Source: Chitinivibrionales bacterium (lineage in GTDB: Bacteria; Fibrobacterota; Chitinivibrionia; Chitinivibrionales; WJKA01). From it: a stretch of DNA of 56,645 nt. The stretch lies in NCBI GenBank assembly GCA_038247415.1, contig JBBRUX010000025.1:1-56645 (forward strand), read 5' to 3'. Below the pieces are notes generated by a model. It saw nothing but the letters and a program-made list of their open reading frames with translations, was not told the origin of the DNA and searched no databases. The number at the start of each line of letters is the position of its first letter. The stretch's first letter is position 1. Position numbers and translations under genes: made by a program. This document shows positions 46,900-56,645 of the stretch, piece after piece.

Positions 46900-48504
46900 A
46901 TGGCACAAAAAATAGCCATCTATGATACTACACTGCGTGACGGTAATCAGGCTTTGGGAATCAGCTTGTCTCTTTCGGATAAGCTATCTATTGCGAAACG
47001 GTTGTCGGAACTTGGTATCCCCTATATCGAAGGGGGATGGCCAAATCCAACAAATAGTGTCGATACCGAGTTCTATAAGCAGGTTCGGGACTTAAAGCTT
47101 GCTGCAAAGATTGCAGCTTTTGGTTCCACGCGCAGGCCTGGTATACAATGTCAGGACGACCCATTTATGGCGATGCTTATCGAAAGTAAAGCACCGGTAA
47201 TAACTATGTTTGGTAAATCGTGGGATTTGCATGTTCATCATGTAATCAACACAACCCTCGAAGAAAATCTTGCAATGATTGCCGAATCTGTCGAGTATTG
47301 CAAGAAGCATAAGCGGGAAGTGATCTATGATGCAGAGCATTTTTTTGATGGCTATAAAGCTAATCCCGACTATGCGTTGGCAACGGTGGATGCTGCAGTA
47401 CATGCAGGTGCAGATACCATTGTCTTATGCGATACCAATGGCGGTTTGCTTACCGACGATTTTATTGCAATCTGGAACGAAGTTAAACTGCGGATTAAGG
47501 CTCCTTTGGGGGTTCATCTGCACAACGATGCTGGATGTGCCGAGGCCAATTCGTGTCAGGCTGCGCTTTTGGGAGCAGTCCAGATTCAGGGGACTATAAA
47601 CGGCCTTGGTGAGCGTTGCGGAAATGCGAATTTATGCACTATTATAGCCAATTTGCAGCAGAAGCGGGGAATGCCGCTTCTTGCTCCCGATAAGCTAGCG
47701 TCATTAACTGCGGTATCGATTTTTGTAAGTGAAATAGCCAATGTGTCGCATAATATTCGTCAACCGTATGTTGGAGAGGCCGCTTTTTCTCATAAGGCGG
47801 GTGCACATGCAGATGGAGTGAGAAAAGTTCGACAGAGTTTTGAGCATATCGATCCGGTTTCGATAGGCAATACGCGAAGATTTATTGTATCCAATCAAGC
47901 TGGTTCAAGCACTTTGCTTGAACGGTTGGATACGATACTTCCAGGTCTTGACAAAAAAGATGCACGCGTTAAAAAACTTTTGGCTCGCATTAAAGAGCTC
48001 GAGGAAGAAGGTTACCAGTTCGAAGCTGCAGAGGCGTCTTTTGAACTTGTTGCGCGGAAAGTCTTTGAAATGCTTCCAGATTCAACCTTTAAATTCAATG
48101 GTTTTAGAGTTATCGAAGAAAAACGCGAAAATGGTGAGGTTTTTTCCGAAGCTACAATCAAGGTAACAAACAATAATATCACGGTGCATACTGCTGCAGA
48201 AGGAGATGGGCCAGTTAATGCCCTGGACAATGCGCTTCGAAAAGCTCTTGTCAATTTCTTTCCTGTTCTTTCGAGTGTGAAGCTTGAGGATTTTAAAGTG
48301 CGTGTACTCGATGGAACCGAGGGCACAGCTGCAAAAGTTCGGGTGCTTATTGAAAGTAGCGATGGTGTTTCTCGGTGGTCTACGGTTGGTGTTTCAACCA
48401 ATGTTATTGAGGCATCGTGGTTGGCTCTTATCGATAGTCTCCATTATAAATTACTCTTGGCAGAAATGAAACCTGCTTCTGTACCAAAAAAGCAAGGTGT
48501 CTAA
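46900..48504 (+). CDS. cimA: Citramalate synthase
   Basis: DTTLRDG, IEGGWP, FGKSWDLHV, YDAEHFFDG, LCDTNGG and WSTVGVS motifs of the bacterial CimA clade. Confidence 0.9.
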   Translation: MAQKIAIYDTTLRDGNQALGISLSLSDKLSIAKRLSELGIPYIEGGWPNPTNSVDTEFYKQVRDLKLAAKIAAFGSTRRPGIQCQDDPFMAMLIESKAPVITMFGKSWDLHVHHVINTTLEENLAMIAESVEYCKKHKREVIYDAEHFFDGYKANPDYALATVDAAVHAGADTIVLCDTNGGLLTDDFIAIWNEVKLRIKAPLGVHLHNDAGCAEANSCQAALLGAVQIQGTINGLGERCGNANLCTIIANLQQKRGMPLLAPDKLASLTAVSIFVSEIANVSHNIRQPYVGEAAFSHKAGAHADGVRKVRQSFEHIDPVSIGNTRRFIVSNQAGSSTLLERLDTILPGLDKKDARVKKLLARIKELEEEGYQFEAAEASFELVARKVFEMLPDSTFKFNGFRVIEEKRENGEVFSEATIKVTNNNITVHTAAEGDGPVNALDNALRKALVNFFPVLSSVKLEDFKVRVLDGTEGTAAKVRVLIESSDGVSRWSTVGVSTNVIEASWLALIDSLHYKLLLAEMKPASVPKKQGV

Positions 48505-48533
48505 AAAGCCAAGATTACATCTAAGGAATAATT

Positions 48534-49553
48534 ATGGCAGTTAATCTCGATTGGAAAAACCTCAGTTTCGAATATCGCCAAACCAATATGTATGCCTATG
48601 CCAATTTTACAAAGGGGCAATGGTCACCAATTGCAACATCAGATGACCCCTATATACGTATTCATATTGGGGCATCTTCATTACATTATGGGCAAGCTTG
48701 CTTTGAGGGTCTTAAGGCATTTACGCGCCGCGATGGAAGCATTGCAATTTTTAGACCCGAAGCAAATGCAAAAAGGCTTAATATGTCGGCACAGCGTATT
48801 GTTATGGAGCCTATTCCAAGCAAACTCTTTATCGATGCATGTGTTGCTGCAATAGAAGGAAATAAAGAGTTTGTTCCTCCCTATGGGACTGGTGCAAGTC
48901 TTTACTTAAGGCCATTGCTTATTGGCACTACACCCAGGATAGGGCTTAATGCTTCGGATGATTATACCTTTTTGGTATTGGTAACGCCGGTTGGTCCCTA
49001 TTATAAAGACGGCTTCTTTCCTGTTAAGGCACGTATCCACGAAGAGTACGATAGAGCTGCACCTAAAGGGGTCGGTAATGTTAAAGTAGCGGGCAACTAT
49101 GCTGCTGGGCTTAAAGGGGATTTAGAAGCCAAAAAAGCTGGTTTTTCTGTCGGCTTATATTTAGATGCTGCCGAACATAGCTACATAGATGAATTTGGCA
49201 CATCAAATTTTATAGGCATCACTGCAGATGGGCATTATGTAACGCCAAGCTCAAATTCTATTTTGCCAAGTATAACCAACGATAGCCTTCAGGTTCTTGC
49301 TCATGATTTGGGACTTGTTGTTGAAAGAAGAAAAATCCATATTTCCGAGTTGCCTTTGTTTTCTGAAGTAGGCGCATGCGGAACAGCTGCCGTAATTACG
49401 CCAGTTTGCTCTATTGCTCATGGATCACAAGAGTACCGGTTTGGCTCTGAATCCGAAGCGATGCCAACACTCACGAAACTTTACAAAATGTTTCAAGGCA
49501 TCCAGTATGGAGAATTATCCGATACGCATACTTGGATGTATCCTGTTGAGTAA
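48534..49553 (+). CDS. ilvE: Branched-chain amino acid aminotransferase
   Basis: LHYGQACFEGLKAF, YLRP, KVAGNYA, ILPSIT and CGTAAVITP motifs. Confidence 0.95.
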   Translation: MAVNLDWKNLSFEYRQTNMYAYANFTKGQWSPIATSDDPYIRIHIGASSLHYGQACFEGLKAFTRRDGSIAIFRPEANAKRLNMSAQRIVMEPIPSKLFIDACVAAIEGNKEFVPPYGTGASLYLRPLLIGTTPRIGLNASDDYTFLVLVTPVGPYYKDGFFPVKARIHEEYDRAAPKGVGNVKVAGNYAAGLKGDLEAKKAGFSVGLYLDAAEHSYIDEFGTSNFIGITADGHYVTPSSNSILPSITNDSLQVLAHDLGLVVERRKIHISELPLFSEVGACGTAAVITPVCSIAHGSQEYRFGSESEAMPTLTKLYKMFQGIQYGELSDTHTWMYPVE

Positions 49554-49620
49554 ATAAGTTGAATTAAGAATTATTTGATCGTTAGTATAGTATTGTTTTC
49601 ACTTTATAAAGGACTATGGT

Positions 49621-50823
49621 ATGGAAAAAGTAGTTTTGGCATATTCTGGTGGTCTCGATACTTCAATTATCATTCCTTGGCTTAAAGAAAATTATCATTG
49701 CGAAGTGATTGCCATGGCTGCTGATTTAGGACAGGGCGAAGAACTCGACGGGTTGGTAGAAAAGGGTATGAATACCGGCGCAAGCAAAGTGTATATCGAA
49801 GACCTTCGTGAAGAATTTATTACCGAGTATATTTATCCGACTATCAAAGCTGGGGCGATATACGAAAAAACATATCTTTTGGGAACGAGTTTTGCTCGCC
49901 CCCTTATTGCAAAACGTCAAGTAGAAATTGCCCATAAAGAGGGTGCGACTATGGTTGCGCATGGCGCAACCGGAAAAGGAAATGATCAAGTTCGTTTCGA
50001 GCTTACGTATATGGCGCTCGACCCAAGTTTAAAAATTATCGCGCCGTGGAAAGATCCTTTGTGGACCATGCATTCCCGGGAAGAGTGTATTGCCTATGCC
50101 GAAGCCAGAAATATCCCAATTAGTCAATCTAAAAAGCGAATTTATTCCGAAGATCGCAATATTTGGCACATTAGCCATGAAGGTGGAGTTTTAGAAGATC
50201 CTGCTGTCATGCCCCCCGATGACGTGTATACTCTTTCTAATACCGTAGAAAAAGCTCCCGATAAAGCAGAAATAGTAGAAATCAGATTGGTCAAGGGTAT
50301 TCCTGTTGCGGTTAACGGTAAAGAGCTTTCTCCCCTGGCATTGCTCACCGAATTAAATCGCATCGGCGGAATTCATGCTATTGGTCAAGTCGACATGGTA
50401 GAAAATCGTTTGGTGGGCATTAAGTCGCGCGGTATCTACGAAACGCCTGGTGGCACACTCTTATATGCTGCGCATCGGGAACTTGAGCGACAGGTTTTAG
50501 ATCGAAATACGCTTCACTTTAAAGAAGCCGTTGCAATCCGATATGCCGAACTCGTTTATAATGGCGAGTGGTTTTCTATGCTTAAAAATGGTCTCGATGC
50601 TTTTGTCGAGACAACCGAGCAGAATGTTACTGGTTGGGTTAAGCTTAAATTGTATAAAGGGAACGTTATAATGGCGGGTGCACAAGCCGAAAAATCTCTC
50701 TATTTGCAAGATTTATCCTCATTTACAGATACAGAGCTTTATGATCAAAAAGATGCTATTGGCTTTATTCGTCTTTTTGGGCTTCCTATGAAGGTCGCTG
50801 GGATGGTTGATCGAAAAAAATAG
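49621..50823 (+). CDS. argG: Argininosuccinate synthase
   Basis: [24 protein letters not shown] and [10 protein letters not shown] motifs. Confidence 0.98.
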   Translation: MEKVVLAYSGGLDTSIIIPWLKENYHCEVIAMAADLGQGEELDGLVEKGMNTGASKVYIEDLREEFITEYIYPTIKAGAIYEKTYLLGTSFARPLIAKRQVEIAHKEGATMVAHGATGKGNDQVRFELTYMALDPSLKIIAPWKDPLWTMHSREECIAYAEARNIPISQSKKRIYSEDRNIWHISHEGGVLEDPAVMPPDDVYTLSNTVEKAPDKAEIVEIRLVKGIPVAVNGKELSPLALLTELNRIGGIHAIGQVDMVENRLVGIKSRGIYETPGGTLLYAAHRELERQVLDRNTLHFKEAVAIRYAELVYNGEWFSMLKNGLDAFVETTEQNVTGWVKLKLYKGNVIMAGAQAEKSLYLQDLSSFTDTELYDQKDAIGFIRLFGLPMKVAGMVDRKK

Positions 50824-50951
50824 CCCAAAGCGACTAATGCATCGAACAATAACCTTTTGGCATGAATTAAACGTTTTGCTCATGTAAAAAAATAGTGTAT
50901 AATAGTTATGTGGTGTTGAGGGTTTTCAAAACCAGTTATTCATCCTCTTGA

Positions 50952-51578
50952 GTGAATGTTGTGAAAGGTATGGCACACATTTTTCTGCGAAGCTTTCACT
51001 CTGCATTTAGTTATTTCGCTGCAATCGTAGCGATCTGTTTTGCAACAAATATTCCTCTTTGTGCCGCTAACGCCTCTGCGTTTGCGCTGTCAAAACCAAT
51101 CGATGAATATTCGATGAAAGCTCTCTTAATCCAACGAATATGCAGATTTGTTGAGTGGCCCGATTCTATCTGGAATGCAGATACCACCGCTCCCTTTGTA
51201 GTAGGCATTTTAGGCACAAACCCATTCGGAAAGCAGCTCGATGCACTCTTTTCCCAACAACGGATCCAGGGCAAAAGGGTTCGTATCGAGCAATTAAGTT
51301 CCCTCGAAGGTGCGCGTTTCTGCAATGCCATTTTTATTAGTGAATCTGAAAAGTCATCTATTTCAAAAATTTATACAGCATTATCGCATAAACCCATATT
51401 GCTGCTTGGGGATACTAAGCGCTATGCCTACAACGGGATTCATATCAATTTTTTCACTAATAATGCAGATCAGATTCGGTTTGAAATAAACAAAGATTCA
51501 TTTGGCGATTCGCAACTGCATTCAAGCTACCAGCTTTTTAACTTGGGAGTATTGGTTTCGCAAGGAGTAAATCCATGA
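50952..51578 (+). CDS. YfiR/HmsC-family periplasmic protein (DUF4154)
   Basis: EYSMKA...RFVEWP, GILGTNPFG and IRFEIN motifs; signal peptide; exact start uncertain. Confidence 0.85.
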   Translation: MNVVKGMAHIFLRSFHSAFSYFAAIVAICFATNIPLCAANASAFALSKPIDEYSMKALLIQRICRFVEWPDSIWNADTTAPFVVGILGTNPFGKQLDALFSQQRIQGKRVRIEQLSSLEGARFCNAIFISESEKSSISKIYTALSHKPILLLGDTKRYAYNGIHINFFTNNADQIRFEINKDSFGDSQLHSSYQLFNLGVLVSQGVNP

Positions 51579-53851
51579 ACAAAATGAACATACAAATATC
51601 TGGTTTCTCTATCCGAACAAAAATCATTCTGCTTATTTTAACGGTCACACTTTCTTTAGAAATATGTGGTGCGGCTATCATTTTGTATTTCGATTATCGA
51701 AACTACAAAAAAGATATGATTGAAACCGCTTCAATGAATATGCGGCTTGTAGCAGAATATAGTATTGCACCTATCCTTTTTGATGATCGCAATGGAGCAA
51801 GCACGATACTTTCCCGTGCTCAGGCGATTCCTTCAGTGAAGGCTGTTTGGCTTTTTGACACCTTGGGGAAGCAATTTGCATCATGGCCCTTAGATGCCCC
51901 TTTACAGAACCTTGATCCTGATTCGATATTTGAGTATCGATTTTCAAACAAGCTTTTAACTACCAGATGTTCTGTTGTTAACGATTCCCATACTATCGGA
52001 TATGTTCAAGTAACGGTAGCAACCGACCAATTTGAGCAAAAGATTTTGGATCATGCACGCGCAACCATAGAACTGCTTGCGGTTCTTATGCTTCTTGCCT
52101 TTCTTATGGCGCTCCGTTTGCATCGGGTAATTTCTCAGCCACTAACCGAATTAAGCAATATTACTCGTCAAATTGCTTCTAAAAAGGATTTGTCATACCG
52201 ATTATCAACAAATAGATCCGATGAAATAGGGCAGCTCTATTCAAATTTTAATACAATGTTGGCACAGCTTGATTTGCGACAATCTGAACGGGATGTGGCT
52301 CTTGATAATTTACAAAAAAGTGATGCTCGCTTAAGGGCCCTTATAGATGCCATGCCCGACATGGTACTTCAAATAGATGCACAGGGTATTATAAAAATGT
52401 GCGCAGGCAATTTGCATCAAAGTAAATTATTTCCTCGGTTACATGCGGATATTTCTCTTCCGGAGGCTTTGCCTAAAGCAATTGCAGATTCATTGTTGAG
52501 CCATGTTACCCAGGCTCTTGCTTTGGGGACTATGCAAATATACGAATTTTCAAATACCGAAATTCATGAGATCAGGCAATACGAAATACGTATTGTCAAA
52601 TCTTCTGCACAGGAAGCCGTTGCGGTCATTCGAGATGTTACCGAATCGAAAAATATTACTGCGCAACTGTTTCAGGCTCAAAAGATGGAGACCATTGGAA
52701 ATCTTGCTGGAGGTTTGGCACATGATTTCAATAATGTTTTGGGCGGCATAACCGGGATGATCTCTTTAATGAAAATTTCGCTTCAAGAGAAGGATCGTAA
52801 TTTTGAGGAGCTGGAAGACTATGTAAATACTATCGATAGTGCAACCCATCGCGCAACCGATATGGTAACCCGTTTGCTAACGCTTTCGCGCAAGCACGAT
52901 CCTATTTTGGCTCCCATAGATCTGCGAACGGTAGTTTCTAATGTAAATGCATTATGTAAAACTACGCTCGATAAGAGTGTAGAGCTTGCATACACCAACC
53001 CACAATCCCCGGCAATTGTGTATGGAGACCTCATTCAGCTCGAGCAAGTTCTTCTTAATCTGTGTGTTAATGGCGCACACGCCATGACAATAATGAGACC
53101 CGTTGAAGAACACAAAGGGGGAACGTTACGTATTTCTATACAGCGTATCTCTGCCATGCAATTACCTCCCGCGGTGTATCGAAGCACTGATAATCCGTCA
53201 ACTAATTTTTATCGTGTTTCGGTTATTGATACGGGTGTTGGAATTCCAAAAAATCAAATGGAAAAAATCTTCGAGCCCTTTTTTACAACCAAGGTAGAGC
53301 GTATGGGTACTGGCCTTGGGCTCTCTATGGTTAAGAGCATTGTGGGCGCACATAATGGTCGTTTTGAGGTTGAATCCACCATTTCGGTAGGAACGGCTAT
53401 GCATATTTATTTGCCTGAGCTTAAAGATATTGTTACTGCACTGGCCCCCCAAAAAACACCTTTTAATCGATTTGAAGGCTCTGCTACCATACTGTTAGTT
53501 GACGATGAAGAAATTATTCGCTATACAATGGGTAAGCTATTAGAAAAATGCGGGCTCACCGTGATATCGGCGAGCGGTGGACGAGAAGCTATCATGCTGT
53601 ATACTGAGCAGGGGAAAAATATAGATCTTGTGATTCTTGATATAGCAATGCCAAGGCTTTCGGGTACCGATGTTCTGGTTGCATTGAGGGCAATAGATCC
53701 TCAGGTGAGGGTTATTCTTTCTTCGGGAAATCAGACCGACCCTCGTCTTGAAGAGGCGCGCACAATAGGGATATCAGGATTTATTCAAAAACCTGCCGCT
53801 CTGGATACTTTAATCGATTTGATTTCCACAATTTTAATCTCAAAGAAATAG
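51575..53851 (+). CDS. Hybrid sensor kinase (TM - periplasmic CHASE8-like - TM - HAMP - PAS - HisKA - HATPase - REC)
   Basis: DEIGQLYSNFN (HAMP), QKMETIGNLAGGLAHDFNN, FEPFFTTK, GTGLGL and LLVDDE..LDIAMP motifs; ATGA overlap with the yfiR-like gene. Confidence 0.92.
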   Translation: MNKMNIQISGFSIRTKIILLILTVTLSLEICGAAIILYFDYRNYKKDMIETASMNMRLVAEYSIAPILFDDRNGASTILSRAQAIPSVKAVWLFDTLGKQFASWPLDAPLQNLDPDSIFEYRFSNKLLTTRCSVVNDSHTIGYVQVTVATDQFEQKILDHARATIELLAVLMLLAFLMALRLHRVISQPLTELSNITRQIASKKDLSYRLSTNRSDEIGQLYSNFNTMLAQLDLRQSERDVALDNLQKSDARLRALIDAMPDMVLQIDAQGIIKMCAGNLHQSKLFPRLHADISLPEALPKAIADSLLSHVTQALALGTMQIYEFSNTEIHEIRQYEIRIVKSSAQEAVAVIRDVTESKNITAQLFQAQKMETIGNLAGGLAHDFNNVLGGITGMISLMKISLQEKDRNFEELEDYVNTIDSATHRATDMVTRLLTLSRKHDPILAPIDLRTVVSNVNALCKTTLDKSVELAYTNPQSPAIVYGDLIQLEQVLLNLCVNGAHAMTIMRPVEEHKGGTLRISIQRISAMQLPPAVYRSTDNPSTNFYRVSVIDTGVGIPKNQMEKIFEPFFTTKVERMGTGLGLSMVKSIVGAHNGRFEVESTISVGTAMHIYLPELKDIVTALAPQKTPFNRFEGSATILLVDDEEIIRYTMGKLLEKCGLTVISASGGREAIMLYTEQGKNIDLVILDIAMPRLSGTDVLVALRAIDPQVRVILSSGNQTDPRLEEARTIGISGFIQKPAALDTLIDLISTILISKK

Positions 53852-53871
53852 TTGTGTGGTGAACTGCTTGT

Positions 53872-54576
53872 ATGAATACTAAAGCAAACTTTTCTGCAGT
53901 TATCGTTGCTGGGGGCTTAGGAACAAGGCTTGGGCATTCGTTACCCAAGGCATTTGTGCCCCTGGATCAGAAACCTTTGTTTACCCATTCCCTCGAAATA
54001 TTCAATGCTCACCCTTTGTGTCAAGAAATAGTTCTGGTTATTCCTCTCACGCATCACGATAAAGCCAAGGCCATTGTGCAAGGCTTAACAAACCCCAAAC
54101 CTCTCTATCTTGTGAACGGGGGCACTGTTCGTTGGGAATCTACCTTGCAGGGCATTAAAGCCTGCACTGGATGCGCCCCGTGGGTTCTTATCCACGATGC
54201 TGCACGTCCTTTTGTAACTGTTGCCGTTATAAATTCGTTGCTTGAGCTTTCTACCAAGTATGATGGAGCTATCTCTGCAACACCAATGGTTGATACCGTA
54301 CGTACTATATGCGGGGATAGGTCGTCGGGAACACTCGATCGCTCAACGCTTGTGCGCGTGGGAACACCACAAATGTTTCGTCGCGATGTGTTAATGGAAG
54401 TGTTTTCAACTATCGATCCGCACGATGCCTCTATTACCGACGAGGCAATGCTTTTTGAGAATGCGGGTTATGCAGTTGGTATAGCACAGGGCGATCCGCT
54501 TAATTTTAAAATTACAACTCCCCAGGATCTTCTCATTGCCGAAGCGCTTTGTGCATACAGAATGGGTGTGAAATAA
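53872..54576 (+). CDS. ispD: 2-C-methyl-D-erythritol 4-phosphate cytidylyltransferase
   Basis: AGGLGTRL..PKAF, LIHDAARP, TPQ.F, TDE and NFKITTPQDL motifs. Confidence 0.95.
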   Translation: MNTKANFSAVIVAGGLGTRLGHSLPKAFVPLDQKPLFTHSLEIFNAHPLCQEIVLVIPLTHHDKAKAIVQGLTNPKPLYLVNGGTVRWESTLQGIKACTGCAPWVLIHDAARPFVTVAVINSLLELSTKYDGAISATPMVDTVRTICGDRSSGTLDRSTLVRVGTPQMFRRDVLMEVFSTIDPHDASITDEAMLFENAGYAVGIAQGDPLNFKITTPQDLLIAEALCAYRMGVK

Positions 54577-54666
54577 TCTCTTTTTTGCTGTGCTACCCAC
54601 GCATCGCGGTAAAGCAATTATCACCGCCGTTTCTATTACGATGCTCGTTTGATATATTTTTATGCT

Positions 54667-55731
54667 ATGAAAAAAAAGCACTTTACACTTCTTAAAATTA
54701 TTCTTGGCATAGCATTTGCCATACTTGGATTATATATCTTTTTTAGAGATGTTTCTCTACCTCGCTTGGTGCACGAACTCTCAGATCTTAAACTCCCTAT
54801 TATTCTCATGTGTATAATATTACCGGTAGCATCGCTCTGGTTTCGGTCGCTTCGGCTAAAGCTTATTCTCCCGCAGTCGGAATCTACCCACAAAAAGGGA
54901 ATATTTGATCTGGTTCTCATAGAATTTGCAGTGAATAATATGCTTCCTGGTCGCATTGGTGAAGCTTCACGTGCAATTCTTTTATGGAAACGAAATAAGT
55001 TTTCACTTGCAGTTTCAATTGGATCGCTTATCATCGAGCGATTATTTGATATGATTGTAGTTGCTAGCTTTTTTATAGTGCCTGTGCTTTTTATGCCCAA
55101 ACTTGCTGAGGTGAGAATTCCTCTTGCGATTGGGTCACATGCATTCTCGGTAGGATTAGATACCGCAGGCGTGTTTCTGCTTATAGCTATTTGTGGTATT
55201 GCACTTCTTTTTGGGGTATATGCTTATTACCCCGTTATTTTTAAACGCTTCTTTAAAAAAGTAATTTCTTTTTTGCCAAGGTCTGCGCAGCACTCAGTAA
55301 TAAAACAGGGCCACGAAATAAAAGCTACACTTGGATGGCTCTCCGATTACCGGCGCGTGGCGGGTATTGTTGTATTGTCAATATGTATAGAATTGGCCTA
55401 TGCAGCGTCATTTTACCTTCTCATTGGCCCCCCCAATGGAAATGGCGCACTGGGAGCGTTGTTCGCTCAGGCTTTCGGATCTTTGGGGGCTGCTATCCCG
55501 CTTGCGCCAGGATATATCGGCACGCTGCATGCCATGCTACTTGAAGCTTTTACTCTTCTTGGGCATGATCCCGATAAAGGAAGAGCTGTGGCTATTATTT
55601 ATCATGCGATTGGCTTTTTAGTAGTAACTCCCATTGGTATCTTTTGTATGATTCGATCGCATACTCCTTTGCGCGAAATACAATCTGCTGCCGAAGAAAT
55701 GAAGCCTTTGGAAGAAAAACTTATTGATTGA
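54667..55731 (+). CDS. Lysylphosphatidylglycerol-synthase TM (flippase-like) membrane protein
   Basis: NNMLPGRIGE..R, ERLFD and IP.APGYIG motifs; multiple TM helices. Confidence 0.85.
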   Translation: MKKKHFTLLKIILGIAFAILGLYIFFRDVSLPRLVHELSDLKLPIILMCIILPVASLWFRSLRLKLILPQSESTHKKGIFDLVLIEFAVNNMLPGRIGEASRAILLWKRNKFSLAVSIGSLIIERLFDMIVVASFFIVPVLFMPKLAEVRIPLAIGSHAFSVGLDTAGVFLLIAICGIALLFGVYAYYPVIFKRFFKKVISFLPRSAQHSVIKQGHEIKATLGWLSDYRRVAGIVVLSICIELAYAASFYLLIGPPNGNGALGALFAQAFGSLGAAIPLAPGYIGTLHAMLLEAFTLLGHDPDKGRAVAIIYHAIGFLVVTPIGIFCMIRSHTPLREIQSAAEEMKPLEEKLID

Positions 55732-55766
55732 TTTTTTGTAAAGCTCATTTGATTTCAGGAGACTTC

Positions 55767-56033
55767 ATGGATTTTTTTGAAATAGGAATGCTCATTTGTT
55801 TTGGATTAAGCTGGCCCATATCAATTTTTAAAGCTTTACGTACTAAGCAAGTTGCTGGAAAAAGTAGTTTGTTTTTATGGATAGTAATTTTCGGATATTC
55901 GTGCGGAATAGCTCATAAATTGAGGGTGTCGCTAGACCCGGTGATATGGTTGTACTGTGCAAACATGGCTCTTGTTGCCTTTGATTTGAGCTTGTACTAT
56001 CGGTATAAAAAATTTTCTCCTAAAACAGAGTAA
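55767..56033 (+). CDS. Small 3-TM PQ-loop/SemiSWEET-like membrane protein
   Basis: FEIGMLICFGLSWP.SI.K..RTK...GKS pattern; AGGAG RBS before ATG 55767. Confidence 0.7.
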   Translation: MDFFEIGMLICFGLSWPISIFKALRTKQVAGKSSLFLWIVIFGYSCGIAHKLRVSLDPVIWLYCANMALVAFDLSLYYRYKKFSPKTE

Positions 56034-56039
56034 TAATAT

Positions 56040-56543
56040 ATGATTCAAGATTTTTCTTTTGCATTGCCTCTCTGGACTTCATCAATAATTACACAGCATT
56101 CTCAAAAGGATTTTTCGAGCGCTATCGAACGGATGAGTTTTGTGCTGGATCTGGTTGCACACAATATTGCTCATAAAACAGGAGGCCCTTTTGGTGCTGC
56201 AATTTTTGATGTCGTCTCGAATGAACTGATTTCTTATGGAGTCAATCTTGTCACTTCTGTAAATTGCTCGGTGCTGCATGCAGAGATCGTTGCCATTATG
56301 CTAGCTCAAAAAAAGCTTGGTACCTTTAATCTTTCTTTCTATGGGTCTGCAGGATTAGAGCTCGTCACCAGTACCGAACCGTGTGCCATGTGCCTTGGTG
56401 CAATCCCTTGGTCTGGCATTAAAGCCGTCATCTGTGGCGCCCTCGATGTCGACGCTCGTGCTGCTGGATTTGACGAAGGGGATAAACCCACAGATTGGGT
56501 TTTGGGCTCTTCCGGAGAATTAGTGGGTGAAATTGATAGTTGA
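56040..56543 (+). pseudogene. Zinc-dependent nucleoside/guanine deaminase, 3'-truncated by an IS
   Basis: GGPFGAA, HAE and EPCAMC motifs. After GFDEGDKPTDWVL the frame runs into the IS end; the last residues and the stop are IS-derived. Confidence 0.75.
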
Positions 56544-56645
56544 TCAGTAAAATAAGTGAGCATGGTCATCCGGTAAAGTAGTTTTTGGTTTGCAGACTAA
56601 AGACCACCAACCAGGAAGACACATGCTCATCAAGACAATACTTAA
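56505..56645 (+). mobile_element. Left end of an ISL3-family insertion sequence (partial)
   Basis: Begins GGCTCTTCCG, the GGCTCT terminus typical of ISL3 inverted repeats. An ORF starting at ATG 56623 (MLIKTIL...) after AGGAAG resembles ISL3 transposase N-termini and runs off the window. Confidence 0.7.

Noticed and set aside
1..56645. CRISPR array, tRNA or rRNA genes
   Set aside because: By eye I found no regularly spaced direct repeats, cloverleaf with T-loop consensus or rRNA-like sequence; a tRNAscan/CRISPR scan would be needed to exclude them formally.

Overview
Bacterial chromosomal window, probably from an anaerobe of the FCB group (Fibrobacterota/Chitinivibrionia-like; inferred from gene order and protein types, not from a database search). 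Housekeeping content: an rplM-rpsI-rpsB-tsf-pyrH-frr operon with an S2 (t44-type) leader RNA; lspA-rluD; a DEAD-box helicase; class III ribonucleotide reductase nrdD-nrdG with an NrdR box; a rubrerythrin / 2-oxoacid:ferredoxin oxidoreductase / ferritin / DOMON cluster; an lsrF-epimerase-aldolase/SDR sugar-phosphate operon; pgsA-map-hflX; msrA; an ilvB-ilvN-ilvC-leuA-(isochorismatase)-leuB-cimA-ilvE-argG cluster; a YfiR-type protein with a hybrid kinase; ispD; and a deaminase cut off by an ISL3-type element at the window end. Most notable features absent from the ORF track: (1) an Ile/Leu/Val-rich 35-aa leader peptide with a full terminator/antiterminator that appears to be translated from a leaderless mRNA; (2) a roughly 3.4-kb accessory block of co-oriented small genes (two intact antitoxins whose toxins are reduced to 3' stubs, a nucleotidyltransferase pair, pseudogenes) facing a divergent remnant resembling an integron-integrase N-terminus, read as a probable decayed integron; (3) two candidate structured RNAs between the helicase gene and nrdD; (4) a Cys-containing C-terminal sorting signal at the window start.
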